From positions 7,440,001 through 7,504,000 of the forward strand of contig OZ249440.1 of NCBI GenBank assembly GCA_965235115.1: DNA of 64,000 nt, in the 5' to 3' direction. This stretch comes from Laetmonice hystrix. Its lineage: Eukaryota. A program made the position numbers and the translations under genes. The notes beneath the pieces are model-generated. The model had not been told where the DNA came from, made no database searches, and saw nothing but the letters and a program-made list of their open reading frames with translations. Shown piece by piece: positions 1 to 12,800 of the stretch; the stretch's first letter is position 1; the number at the start of each line of letters is the position of its first letter.

Positions 1-152
1 AATGATCTTCAAAACGGAGACCGCGTTTTCTAAAAGTCAGACTGGAATATCTGCAAGGATGCAACTTTCTTCCTAGAATACAGAGGCTATAAACTGAATA
101 GCCCTCTTAAAAAGGGGCTATAGTCTTGTGATATACTTGCCAACAGGACAAC

Positions 153-285
153 CTAGGGCCGGTTTCTCGAACATACTTAAGTCTAATTTTCACTCAAATC
201 GACTCAACCCTTGTATAATATGCCTTAGCTGAGTAGATTTGAGTGAAACTTAAGACTTAAGTATGTTCGAGAAACTGGGCCCTAG
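153..285. mobile_element. MITE with ~30-bp terminal inverted repeats (GGGCC-type termini, PIF/Harbinger-like)
   Basis: Left CTAGGGCCGGTTTCTCGAACATACTTAAGTCT is the near-perfect reverse complement of right AGACTTAAGTATGTTCGAGAAACTGGGCCCTAG. Flanks read as a TA or CTAG duplication (ambiguous). Confidence 0.75.
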
Positions 286-1040
286 GTAATTCACTGTGAA
301 ATGCTGACAACTCTTCGGGATTGTCACCAATGGTAATCTGAATAATTGGTTACAACACGTATATCAACAGTAATCAACGAGTGATGCCTTAAAAACGCAC
401 AATTCCAAAAACTGGAGACACTGAATCTACATTGGATTTTCTAAATCGATTTAGTGCAGCATTGGGGACTTTACTGTCGAATTAAATATAAATTTAAAAT
501 TATTACATGGGGCCGCAGCGACCCAGTGGTCTACGGTGCCTTCTCGTGATCACAGAACATCACACCTCTGGGTTCCAATCCCCTTCAAGCCGCTTGTGCG
601 AAGGTTTGTCAGTAACCTGTTGTACGGTAACGTCGGAGATTTTCTCAGGTTTAGTCCACCATATTCATATCCATATCACCCTGACTGTTGCGGTGGCGAA
701 AAATCCAATTCCAAATCCAAGAAGTTGTTATAAGCCAATGTACTAAATAAAACAAGATCTCTAAGTTGAAAACAAAAAGGATAACATGGATGCATGGCTC
801 GAAATTATCGGGAGTTGAGAGCAATTTGCTACTTTTGAAGACTGGCCTAAGCCCCTTCGAGCGGGAATTACCTGCTCCCACTGAACGCGTATCTTCAGCG
901 GCTTTCATTTATAAATTAAGATTTGAAATCACTATCGCCCGGTGTTTTACAAAACCATCGTACTGGATTAACCATTAGATGTTGATTGGAATGCTTATTA
1001 AGTGTTAAAAAATGGCAGCTGACTTTGGGCATATTCTATG

Positions 1041-1303
1041 CAGGGCCGGATCCAGGATTTTTTTTCAAGGGGGGAGGGGTGTTGCAGTCGTCAACTCCGA
1101 AATTATTATTATTTTATGAAATATATAACGTATAGGCTACTTATCGCTTTAGATTCTAGATTCACACTGTGGTTCCTGGGCTGGAGGACGAACATTTGAC
1201 ACCTTTGTTTCCTTTTCTTTTTTCTTTCTTTTTTCTTTCTTTTTTTTTGGGGATTTCTAAGGGGGGTTGCAACCCCCACAACCCCCCTCTGGATCCGGCC
1301 CTG
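1041..1303. mobile_element. CAG-terminal (hAT-like) MITE with G/C-run interior
   Basis: Perfect 15-bp TIR CAGGGCCGGATCCAG / CTGGATCCGGCCCTG; TTCTATG duplicated on both sides (1034-1040, 1304-1310). Confidence 0.8.
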
Positions 1304-2037
1304 TTCTATGTCCAGTCTTGGTCTGTGTATCTGGAGGTCTGTAAATCAATCGATTTAGAGTATATGACATAACATAAAGAGCTGAACGTAATTACGATAA
1401 TAAAATTGCTAAAAGGTGGCGTCAGTAGGACAAGTAATTACGTTAGATATAATATGTACTAAGATAATTTTTGATCCTGATAGGCTATTTTCAGAGGCTA
1501 TATGGTTCAGAGTTAACTAGTAAAAGTGCAAAATATCAAATTTATATATATTATCAAATAAATCATGAAATAGTTTTCCTAAATTTAGTGTTCATAGATC
1601 GCGTAGTAATTTAAAAAAGAAGCTAGAAAATATTATTATAAGTTACGATAATAGATAAAGATCCCCTTGCTCCCGTAGATCTTACAAGTCATCAGTGTAT
1701 GGAGCAATTGCTTGCTCCCGTCGACCATCGGCAAATTTCGAGCCCTGCATCGGATGCCCGGCATAATACCGTCCTATATAAGGAGACTCATTTAGCAAAG
1801 TTGGTTAAATGGCTGCTATTTGTGTATATCTGAGATACTGGCGAAGAGAATATTGAAATATTGAATCTCGGGGGAGTCGAGTACTGTTGTAAAATGGTTT
1901 TGAAACGTTGTTGTGCGGCATTTCGATGTTAATAATTATTATGTAAAATATTTCATTAAAACATAATTTAATGATACAACACTGATAACAAATGCTGGCA
2001 ATGTTCTGATTAAAAGCTCACTACGGATTAGATACCG

Positions 2038-2203
2038 ATGTGGCGTATCCAGCGGGGGTTTCAAAGTATCCTGGAACCCCCCCCCCCCCCCGACACACAC
2101 ACTTGTCCTGGCAATATTCTAACATGATAACATGGAAAATCCCCCCCCCCCCCAACTAATTTTTTGGACCCCCCCCCCCCGACTAATTCTGGATACGCCA
2201 CTG
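2038..2203. mobile_element. CAGTGGCG-type MITE with poly-C runs
   Basis: GTGGCGTATCCAG at the left end and CTGGATACGCCACTG at the right end are inverted repeats. Confidence 0.6.
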
Positions 2204-2269
2204 TTTTATGTATCAAGTGCACACCGTATTGCCTAGATATACCGTATTTCGTAAGTTTCAGTTCTGGCC

Positions 2270-2654
2270 TTAAAGGGGCACAATATTTCGACTGACTTTG
2301 CGTTTGTTGTCATATGATAGCGTTAATACCACTCAATGGAGATTTTAACGCACGACAGGATAACGACGGTTGTGAGACGCACCCCAGGTCCTGGTTTTTA
2401 GTTTGTAAACCGAGTCTTAAGGTTCAAATCTTAAGACTGAACTCTTGTTTCAGAGCTTCTGATTGGTCCCTCAAATGAAGCCAGCCAATGAGAGACCATA
2501 ACAAAGTCAGTCTTAGAATTCCAGTCTTAAGATTGGTATTATATTAATGACGAACTAAAAATCGGGCTAAAAACCGAACTAAAAACGTTGTAAACACGAC
2601 CCACCGACATGACCGATATTTAGAAATGACGTTTTACAATTTGTACCCCTTTAA
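2270..2654. mobile_element. Kolobok-type (TTAA-target) MITE, possibly with a nested degenerate MITE at ~2385-2612
   Basis: TTAA-AGGGGCACAA ... TTGTACCCCT-TTAA termini. Confidence 0.55.
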
Positions 2655-4290
2655 AGAACCTTAACCATAAGGCACCCGTCCACAAGTATCAAAGGCGCCG
2701 AGAGATATTCTGAGTTTGGAGGGAGAGGGGCGAAGAACAATTAGAGGGGGCACCTAAGGCACCTTGGAGCGGCTCGAAAGTTACTTACTTTCTAGGGCCA
2801 ATACTAAACCTGATGCCCAGCTCCCCCTTCAATAATGGGAGTTGCCCCCCCCCCCCCCCCGGTTCCCACGTCTATGTGGATACATACTTTTATATCTACT
2901 AAGTTCTGAAGCATGACCGGAGGGTCGGCAGTCTTTGACAGCCACTGTAGAACATTGCGTGTGCTGCAAGAACCCGGCGTGGCCGATTTGAACGTGGACC
3001 GCTAAACTATGCTTGAGTACAGGCCCTGCCACGACTCATGGTGGAGCATGTTCCTTCTCTGCTCGGTGGCATAATGCAGCCTGCTGGCACGCTATCCAAC
3101 CCATTGTCCCCTGCACGTACGGTATGTAGGGTTATCCAACGTTCAGGATCAGTACCTGTACACCGGATTCCTGAGGGGGAGGGTATGGCACCCTAGACAT
3201 GCTATAGCGTGAACAGTTGAAAGTGCAAATGCCCCACTTGACAGGAGAGTTGTTTTTTTTAGCAGGCCGAGGCAAACAAATCATCGTCTTTACCAATTTC
3301 TTCACTATTGGGGATGTCGCGTAACACAAGTGTTGCTTTTTATATTAAGTGGAAAAAGAATCCTTCTTGCGGAACCGAAGATTATATGTGTGATAAAAAT
3401 AGGTCCCTCTGTTAATGTCAGACGCGGATGAGTACGAGTGTCGGCGTACCGCTGCGCGGCCGTATTACAATTCCCATTCTTTGAAGCGTCACGGTTTAGC
3501 TTGTATGACGAGCGCATATATCAGGTTTGGCTCTTAGGCCAAAAAGAAATAGTTTCGTTTCTTATTATTATTCTTAAATAAAAGTACTGTTTCCTTTCAT
3601 ATAAAAAATTTGGTGCGGTGATGCGGTTTTTTTTCATCTTTCTTTTTTTTCTGGATGCAACCAGACAACGGCCGATTAAGACTATAACAGAAAAACACCA
3701 ACGCCAAAGAACCGTTGCAATGTTCTGTCACAGCGCTACACTGCCCACCATATGAAGCAGTCGGATTAAAAAAAAGACTTGACGCGGGGGGTTTTAGGTG
3801 ACGCGCGCGGGGACAAGAAACGAATCTTTTTTTTTTTGGGGGGGGGGGGGCTTCCGGTAAACCTCAGAAGCTAAAGGGCCAGATGTACCAGCAAATGCTT
3901 AGAGGGATATTTAACGTACGAGTAATTGGTGATGGTCGTTTGCAATGATGGCGGAGGAAGATGGTGATAATTGTACCGCCTTATTGCTGCAGGACTCATT
4001 GACGGCCATTGTCGATGTTTTGAACATATCATACCTACGGACGGTAATACGTACAAAGTAGCTCAAGATTAGGCTACACATATTAGGCTTGATATAGGTC
4101 TACTTAGGAAAGAAAACGCCCATTAGTACGATATTCTAATCGACGACCTAATGTTATATAAATCTACTATAACGATCCTACTTGACATCCCAAGATCTAT
4201 AGATAAGAGCAACATTCACTAATTAGGGAATTAGTCTTCCATGCAGTTTCTCACTGTGCATGAATGCATAAAATAAAATAAAAGGAGTGC

Positions 4291-4370
4291 GAAGAGAGGA
4301 GAAGAGAGAGGAGGGGAGGGGAGGAGAGGAGATGAGAGGAGAGGGGAGGGGAGGGGAGGGGAGGGGAGGG
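4291..4370 (+). repeat. Purine-rich (GAGGA/GAGGG)n microsatellite
   Basis: Direct reading; explains the spurious SPPLP-rich ORF 4231-4497(-). Confidence 0.9.
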
Positions 4371-5185
4371 CTGAGGTGTAGACTCTATGCCTTCCATGAC
4401 TACAGCCATGCCAATGGCCCATTTGATTGTTTTTTATTGCTTCCCTCATGTTTTGTCTAAATCTTTGTCTGAATTGAAAAGGGCGAGTCTGTTGCACGTG
4501 TTACAAACTGTCGAAATGGGTGTATGTTGCCAAGGGGGAGGTTGCAGTAAAGCCCGCCGTACACTGTCACGACTTTGTCCAACTCCCGACTGACCGCCGC
4601 GTACACTCTCCCGACTGACCCCCGTACCCTGTCACGATTATCTGCTCCCGACTCATGCAGTGTGGGCGGCCAGGACAGCCGACAACAATCGCCCGTATCC
4701 TGATTTTGGTCAACTGCCGCCGCTCCACGCTCCGCCACACATTGAGTACTGCCGTACGTTGGGGTGAGGCCGTGACCTGGAAGTCTCCGACCGGAACAGC
4801 CGAAGATTGCAGTCAAACGAATCCCTTTGATCAATTTGGCCCCGGCAGTTGTGCAGATCGGGGCGGATGGAGGGGGGGGGGGGTGCACGCCCACCCAGCC
4901 CTCCGGATTTTCGATGATAGGCAGTTATTCTCTGTTCTCACTATAGGCTTTCGGTTTTTTGAAGAAGTGACAAAAAATGTTGGTAGGCTAGGCATAAATG
5001 TTTGGAGAAACTTCACAATTTCTATCTCCAGATGCCGGCGTTTTTGGGCCTTCGAAAGTCTAACATTTTCTCGGGTGGACACAAGTTCGCCTGGCGCCTT
5101 TAGTGCTCGAGGGCACCCCCTTTCGTACAGTGCTGGATCTGCGCCCGCTGCAGGCCTACTATACAGTTGGTCAAACTACGGATGT

Positions 5186-5186
<1 letters not shown>

Positions 5187-5217
<31 letters not shown>
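5187..5217 (+). repeat. Poly-C homopolymer (31 nt)
   Basis: Direct reading; source of the poly-Pro stretches in ORFs 4655-5236 and 5103-5702. Confidence 0.9.
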
Positions 5218-5752
5218 ACCAATTATCCGAGGCTAAACCCCATATATACTCGGCGGGGCGACCGCCTCATTGTATAGCACACACATTGACCCGTGTAGCG
5301 GAACTTGTGGACTACCGCAGTGCCGGTGTTGGTAGCAACCATTTTTACGGGTCGTCGAAATTAGGTCCTGGCATATTCACTGATCTGTATGGGTATAGTG
5401 TATGGGTACAGCCAGCGATATGGGACTATGGTGTCACGGTTCATATTTATGTTATCAACCAGGCATATACTATTTTACTAATTGAGACAGAGGCCAACAC
5501 CCCCTTTGACATCCTGACCAGTTTTTTCTGTTTTCCCACCCCCATCCTTACCATTCTTACCAAAATCCTGGATCCGTCCCTATTATGTAGCAGGCTTAAG
5601 CCGGTTGCACATATACCGACCCGACCGCCCGATCGGGTCGGATCGGGTTCAACACATAAACTATACCATCCAAAAGTATTTGCCCACCATGCAGTCCAGT
5701 AATTAAAAATAAACTACCGGGGACCCATTGGACTGCTGGGTTATAAATAGCC

Positions 5753-5812
5753 TGTGGGGGTCACATGTGGGGGTCACGTGTGGGGGTCACGTGTGGGGGT
5801 CACGTGTGGGGG
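5753..5812 (+). repeat. 13-bp tandem repeat (TGTGGGGGTCACG) x~4.5 generating three CACGTG E-boxes
   Basis: Direct reading; TTATAAATAG lies just upstream at 5741-5750. Confidence 0.85.
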
Positions 5813-5861
5813 TGTGGCGGTGCGGGGGTAGTGTAGTGTATAGAAGTAATGAAGTTTTTAG

Positions 5862-6368
5862 TTAAAGGGGCATATTATGAGAAAACGTTAAAAATCGGTA
5901 TTTCATAGAACTTTTACTGTTTTCATGAAGAGATCCTTCATTAAAATTGCTTGGTAAACAAAGACAGACTTATCAGTTTCATTTTGCGTGCCCGCTTCTC
6001 TGCCGATTTCGTAAAATATTTTTGGGTGGCATTCTGATGTCGGATGATCGAGTGCAACTGCTGAATTGTTTACAACTAAGTGAAGCACGTGACTAAGCAC
6101 ATGCAGACAGTGCACACACAGAATGTGACACAGTATGCAATTACATGGGTTGATGGGAGGTTGTCCGCCAAATTATGGCGGGAGATGTGCTATCGGGAGA
6201 AATCTATAGGTTTGGTCGTATAGAACCTACTTGTGTTGCATACGCAGCGAAAACACGTCGGAGGACAAAATGCTGTGGTAGGATTATTTACTTGGATCCC
6301 TAGTACACGGTCATTTGGGATAATTGCCGGAAATCCTCAAAAACGTGTTTCATAGTATGCCCCTTTAA
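5862..6368. mobile_element. Kolobok-type MITE
   Basis: TTAA-AGGGGCATATTATGA ... TCATAGTATGCCCCT-TTAA: 15-bp TIR with 1 mismatch and TTAA target duplication. Confidence 0.8.
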
Positions 6369-9302
6369 GTCATCATCTCTTTTTAGAAGTCTGGTAGTCT
6401 TGTGGAGGACTGTTTGGTTTAGACTGATTTTCAATTACTGGCAGAGATGATCAGTAGTCAATGTGGTATCCCCGGGCTTGGACAACTTCACGGCAGCCTG
6501 TAATCATGCTGTCAGCCATCTTGGTGATTCCACAAGCGTGGATCTAAATGGCAAAAAGGTCCCACAGGATTTCAAGAAGGCAGCGCAATATGTCAAGGAA
6601 AGGGCATGCTTTGCCTCAAGGCATAGGGGCAAGCGCCACAGGTTATACCCCCAATAAATATTTTTAGAAAAGGAAATTAAAGTTTTCGTTATTTTCTTCC
6701 TGAAATTGATCCTATAGATTGGTCAATTTTGAATGGTATTGTATAATGTATGTAGATATATGTGTATAATGACTGAACTGCTTCTATGAGGTGTGTGTAA
6801 CGACAGCTGGATAATTCCCTGGAAAATCTGGGACAATGAGGGTGGCAGGGTGCTGCTAACAGATGCCGGCCGCTGTCTGACAGGGGCAGAGCATTCTTCA
6901 AAAATAGTTCAGTTTCTAAACGGTGTCTTCCGTATGCATGGACGTAAGGAATAGGACTCTGACTTGTTGGAGTATCTTCAAAAGGGCAGAGCGTTCTTCA
7001 AAGGTCTAGGTGGCGTCCAGTAGTGACTAAGAAGATGCATCGTTTTTCAGTGATTTATGCGTGTTTAATTGTTGACTATATCTTGCATTGAAGTAGATCT
7101 TGACTGTGGTGAAACTTACTAAAACTGCAACGCTGGTGGGTTTCCTGCTGCCTATTGGAGAGACGCCATCCGTTTCATAATAGTTCTCTAAGTATCCACT
7201 AGGTGGTTCATGATGTGGGCAAGATACAGTGCCCCTTTAATTTAAATTAAATCCCATTTAAATATCAATTTAAAGGAGATCTGTTTATCAACAAAGGCAA
7301 TTTTTGTTTAAGAATCACCTGAGGGGCGTTTTCGACCTGACATGCATGGTCAACGGATGAGGGCATTATGCAGTAAAATGAGCCATAAGTAGGCATATAT
7401 ATATGGCTTTGAGCTCCTCTCTGCTCCTTGTCCCCTTACCATACGGTACAAAGGTGACCCAGTCGGGCTATATATGACTACATGTATTTACAAGACAACT
7501 CAGGACTCAGTCACTGCAATAAACCGCTTAAGGAACTCGAAAGATCTTGGCCTACCTTCTCCAGCGTACCTCAAAGGTCTGGTGATCACCAGGCATGAAA
7601 CTGTTGCCGGAAACACCCGAGGTGCCGCGCAACGCTCACAGGGCCGATGCCAATGGCCACATCGTGCGATAGGTGTGCAATTGAGCTGTAATTAAATGAA
7701 CCAAACAACGTGTTTTAGAATGTCTCTCAAAGAAGGAATACTGACCTACGTAGGTCTACATGGATCGGGGGGGGGGGGGTGGTTGTGGGGGTGGCAACCC
7801 GCTTAGAAATACCCCCAAAAGGACAGAAAGCATTTTAAAAAAAATGTTGTCAAATGTCCGTCCTCAAAGAACCACAGTTTTCAAATCTGGAATCTAAAAC
7901 GGTAAGTAACCTAGGCCTATAGGCTATATTTCATAAAACAATAACAAGTTTTTTAAACTCCGCAAATTAGCAGCTATTTTGTAAGAACGGGATTCTATAG
8001 GCGGCTTACTATATCTGACTAGGCCTAGAGTTTCTCCAAACATGCTGCACGTCGGCCTGGTTCTTGTTGCATACAAATTGGCGTTGTCGCTCCAACATGT
8101 GACTTGAAGGCCTACCTATGAAGAAAGGTGCGACTGTCTAATGAAGGCGGTATTATTGACCCCGGCCGTATCTCAGTGAAAAAGAGGTCGGACACTCGTA
8201 GGAGGCCTAGATCATGCCTACTGTAAATTATCCCAGACTATTCTAGTCTATAGCCAGTACTGGGGCAACTTAATTAGGCCTACAAAAAAGTACAAGTGCG
8301 GGAGGGGATCCATTATCAGGGATAAGTCCCGTTCGCCGGACTGTTAACTCTGTCGCACATGTTAGGCAAATGTTCACCGTTCAATTCCAATCAACTGCAA
8401 AGTGCAAGTTAATGTTATTCTCTTTTTTCCGGTGACTATTACCGTGTCATGTCCTTAGTTTAACGTAAGCATATGCTGCATACACTGTAAAAATTTTCGA
8501 GTAAACATTTACTCAAATTGGTTGCAGCTGAGCTGCAACGACATAAAGTAAACGTTTACTTTAGTCTAACAGTAAAGCTTCACTGCGGATGGGCAAACGT
8601 TTACTTATTCTAGGTAAATTCTATGATAAAATCCTATGTACAAGGTTTACTAAAACAGAGTAGACCTTGACTATATAAAGTCAACCTTTACTTGATCAAA
8701 GATCAAATATTTACTTAAAAGGAGTGAAAGTTTACTAAGTGATGGGCAACGTTTACCTCAAATGATGGCAACGTTCATTGCCTCAACTCAGTAAAGATTA
8801 ACATTAATTCAGTAAAGGTTAACAACTTCCAGTAAATGTAATTTACTTTAATAGGGTAAATGTATACCCATTTCAAGCAAAGGTTTACCCATTCCTAAAG
8901 CTAAACGTTTACCCAACCCAGTAAAGTATACATGAAGGGAAATAAGGGCAAAACTTTTCAAAAAGTTACTTTATTAGGGTTATGGGCTTGAAACATCTGG
9001 TATTCCATTTCCACCCATGTCCTTTGGGTTAATACAGACAGTCGGTGATTGGCGGTCGGAGGAAACATGCTATACTATATTAAACAGATGACACATCACT
9101 ATAATTACGATATGAGAAGCAGGACGAAAAATAACATGTAGGCCTAACGCCTCCTTGGTTGGGAACATTATCTATTACCAAGTGCCTTAACATCATACTG
9201 CATGATTTATGTGATCTTGGCTTCACGATACTTCACGATACAGTCCACATGTACATCTGCATCTCTTCGTTTATCAAAATATACTGCTGTGAGAAAAGGT
9301 AC

Positions 9303-9780
9303 ATGATGTACAAGTGCTTAACCTTCGTACTGCAAATATGTGATCTTGGCTTCCTACACATCATGTACAAGTGCCTAACCTTCATACTGCAAATATGTGA
9401 TCTTGGCTTCCTACACATCATGTACAAGTGCCTAACCTTCATACTGCAAATATGTGATCTTGGCTTCCTGTACATCATGTACAAGTGCCTAACCTTCATA
9501 CTGCAAATATGTGATCTTGGCTTCCTACACATCATGTACAAGTGCCTAACCTTCATACTGCAAATATGTGATCTTGGCTTCCTGCACATCATGTACAAGT
9601 GCCTAACCTTCATACTGCAAATATGTGATCTTGGCTTCCTACACATCATGTACAAGTGCCTAACCTTCATACTGCAAATATGTGATCTTGGCTTCCTGCA
9701 CATCATGTACAAGTGCCTAACCTTCATACTGCAAATATGTTATCTTGGCTTCCTACACATCATGTACAAGTGCCTAACCT
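9303..9780. repeat. 57-bp minisatellite, ~8.4 copies, plus a degenerate copy at ~9178-9235
   Basis: Unit TCATGTACAAGTGCCTAACCTTCATACTGCAAATATGTGATCTTGGCTTCCTACACA; the 19-aa periodicity of ORFs on both strands matches 57 bp. Confidence 0.95.
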
Positions 9781-9849
9781 GGTGTGAGTCCAGTATTAGC
9801 ATCTCAGATAAACAATGCCAACATCGACAGAACATCCACATAATAACAA

Positions 9850-12800
9850 TCACATCATTTTCTGTGCTTGTGTCTCGACCCTGCTCGGTATTTTTTCATT
9901 GTCCTTTATCCCGAGGATGCATTTCTGAATGAATGTCAAGGTGCAGTTGATTCCGCCATGGTCCTTTGAATACTGAAAGTTGAGTATATAGTACGTGGCA
10001 AAGAGCAGGCACAAGGCTTGGCACATCTCATTGACCTCCAATACAGCGTGACCATCCACCACTATGTAGAATAGTGCAGTCTCCCACAGTTTCCCGCATA
10101 TAACCATGACTGGTGCTGTTGAAAGTGCCATTTCACCTACTGCATGGGTGACATCTCCTGGACTAGCCTGTGGGTTCTGAAACAAAAGGGGGTTCCTTTA
10201 TATCCGCCATGATGTAATAAAGAGAACATCAATAACATTACTATACCTGCCACATATATGCATAGTGCTCTAGATCTATGACACCACCTGAAGCCAGTAA
10301 TTCACAACCAGTTTCTACATCAGTCCACATTTTACCTGCACAGAAATAGCATTCTATTGATTCGAGACAAATACTACACTTACAAATATTTTCCACAGAT
10401 CTGCTTTGGATACTTTCTGTACTCACATCAATCAGGATGTAGAGGAACTGAGGTTTTTCCTTCAGTAGGTGTGGGAGTAGCAGCGTTGTCGCCATCATAT
10501 CCAGGTTCCTGGCATCCAGCTCTGGCGATTCCTCCTTGGCTCTGGGAAATGAAATGCAATAAATATACAGATTAAACTGTTGCTCAATCAATTGCCATAT
10601 CTCTCCGATTCTTTTTTCTTCAAATTTTTGATTGGGTGATCCACACAAAACGTTCTAAAAATGCATCAAAGACTGGGGTCCACTTTATCATCTTCTGACT
10701 AACGTGATCCACTATGCCAGGCCGCATACATGTTTGGTAGGCTAATAATAACCCCACTTCCACCCCAGCATCACTGTGACTACCAGCTTGACCTATATGG
10801 CCACTGACCACTGGTGACTCACATATCTAGGTCACCTCAACCGGATTAATTAAGTCAGATATATATTAATGTACTTTAACTTTGTTTAGATATTTCTTTT
10901 GTAACCCCACATGGTGGAAATAATATATTTTGAGCCTCTCATTTATTCAGTCATGCTGATCGTTTCAATAAGGTTTATACTGATGCAATACACAAATGGT
11001 TATAGGGAGTCAGGAGGAAGACAACATGGCGGCCACCCTGCATTCCAGGTTGTGGTCAGGAGTTAATGAATGTCCGGTGTGGTTTAAAAGAGTATATATA
11101 AAATAACGGTTTACCTTTAAAACATATCTGTAAAATACATACTTATAAATTTATATCATTATGGTAGTGGATACTATTGTTTTATCCAACATGAAGGAGT
11201 AGGTGATTAATTAGTGGTCATTAGTTGGCATCCAATCAAAACCCCTCCAGGGCGTGGGTGCTGCACCAGGGGTATATAAACCCTGCACCTCAGTCTCTCT
11301 CTCTCTCTCTTGTGCTCAGTCACCACGTGGACAACTCAGTTTCAATTATCATTCGGACATTGTGATGTGAACAGTGGACTATTCAAATCTCAACCACAAC
11401 TATATACTCAGGATGTGAACTACTATATTTTGGGGACACGGATTTTAACCAGGAGTGTTCTGGACTTTAACACGTGTACCTTGACCATCGGTGAGTGACC
11501 CAAAATGTTGTTGTGCCGGTGCCTACTGATATCTACCTACTCTCTGTTTTAATCTGTGTACTACCGGTATGTCTTTGTATGGTGTGGACGGGGTGCCGGA
11601 TGTGCCATCTGGCAAAACCCCAACTTGTGTAGTGGCCTGGCCACGTGGTTCGGCCGTCGGCCATCATCATCAGTTATATCTTGTAAAATAAATACAACGG
11701 ATGCGTCAACCACAGGAATCGGCTACATCCTAAGTCAAAAAGACGAGACTGGCCGTGAACATGCCATAGCATATGGAGGTCGTGCTCTCCGTGGACCAGA
11801 GACCAGGTACTCAACTTCAGAGTTGGAATACCTGGCCATTAAGGAAGGAATTCAGCACTACCACCCCTACCTAGCAGACAGACATTTTACGGTTTATACA
11901 GACCACAAACCGTTGAAGTATGCTGAAAGCTTTCGCCCAGATGGGGGTCGTCTAGGAAGATGGGCATTATTTCTACAAAACTACAGCTTCACAACAGAAT
12001 ACAAATCTGGAAAGACTAATTTAAATGCTGACTCTCTATCCAGGATTCCTTTCCCAGAGGTGCAGAAAAATGTTGACAGCGATCAAGACCAAGACAACCC
12101 ATCTATTGATTTGTGCTCAGTCGATCCAGTGGACATGGCTGAAATGCAGAAACAGTGCCCAGAGGTACAACCATTCTACTCATTTCATCAAGATGATAGA
12201 TTACCCAGAAACAGAAGACTTGCCAACCTCCTATGTAGGACTCAAGACCAGTTTGTTATTGATGAAGACGGTTTACTCTACCATCTATCCTATCCAGGAA
12301 ACAGAAGAAAACCAGAATTGCTAATTAAACAACTCGTCATACCCAGGAGCCAACGCCAGGCGATCATCGTGAATCACCATGACAGTCTATTGGGTGGTGG
12401 ACACCAGGGAATTGACAGAACGTTTGCATCAATCACACTTCGGGCCTATTGGCCAGGAATGTATAAAACAATTTGTGACTATGTCAAAAGCTGTGAAACG
12501 TGTCAGAAGTCAAAACACAAGATGAAGAATCCTGCTCCACTGACCCCAATGCCAATAGTGCCTGTATTCGAAAGGTGGCATATGGATTTCTTATGCATGA
12601 AGACAACACCAGAGGGCTTCAAGTACATTCTGCTGTTAGTAGATAGCTTCTCACGTTGGTGTGAGGCTATCCCCACGAAGTCCCAAGATGCCAAAACTGT
12701 CGCTCAAATACTGTATCAAGAAATCTTCACAAGATATGGGACCCCTAAAGAGATTGTGTCTGACCTTGGACGCCAGTTCACCTCCAAGCTTGTACGTGCT

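Noticed and set aside
500-910. Minus-strand segment with splice-like sites and a hydrophobic stretch (LLGFGIGFFATATVRVIWI)
   Set aside because: All frames are interrupted by stops and no family is recognisable; may be a UTR or decayed exon of a gene outside the window.
4457-5702. Overlapping 145-199 aa ORFs with poly-Pro
   Set aside because: Built from MITE fragments and a poly-C run; no domain signature.
6440-7240. Coding-looking fragment (64 aa) ending at a Kolobok-like right terminus (GTGCCCCTTTAA)
   Set aside because: No matching left terminus or recognisable protein motif could be found.
9159-9932. 257-aa and 164-aa Cys/His repeat ORFs resembling zinc-finger arrays
   Set aside because: Translation of the 57-bp minisatellite; Cys/His spacing does not match C2H2 or another known finger.
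11556-11694. N-terminal 47 aa of the 778-aa ORF
   Set aside because: GTG start inside LTR sequence; the same peptide recurs at 16056 and is not pol-derived.
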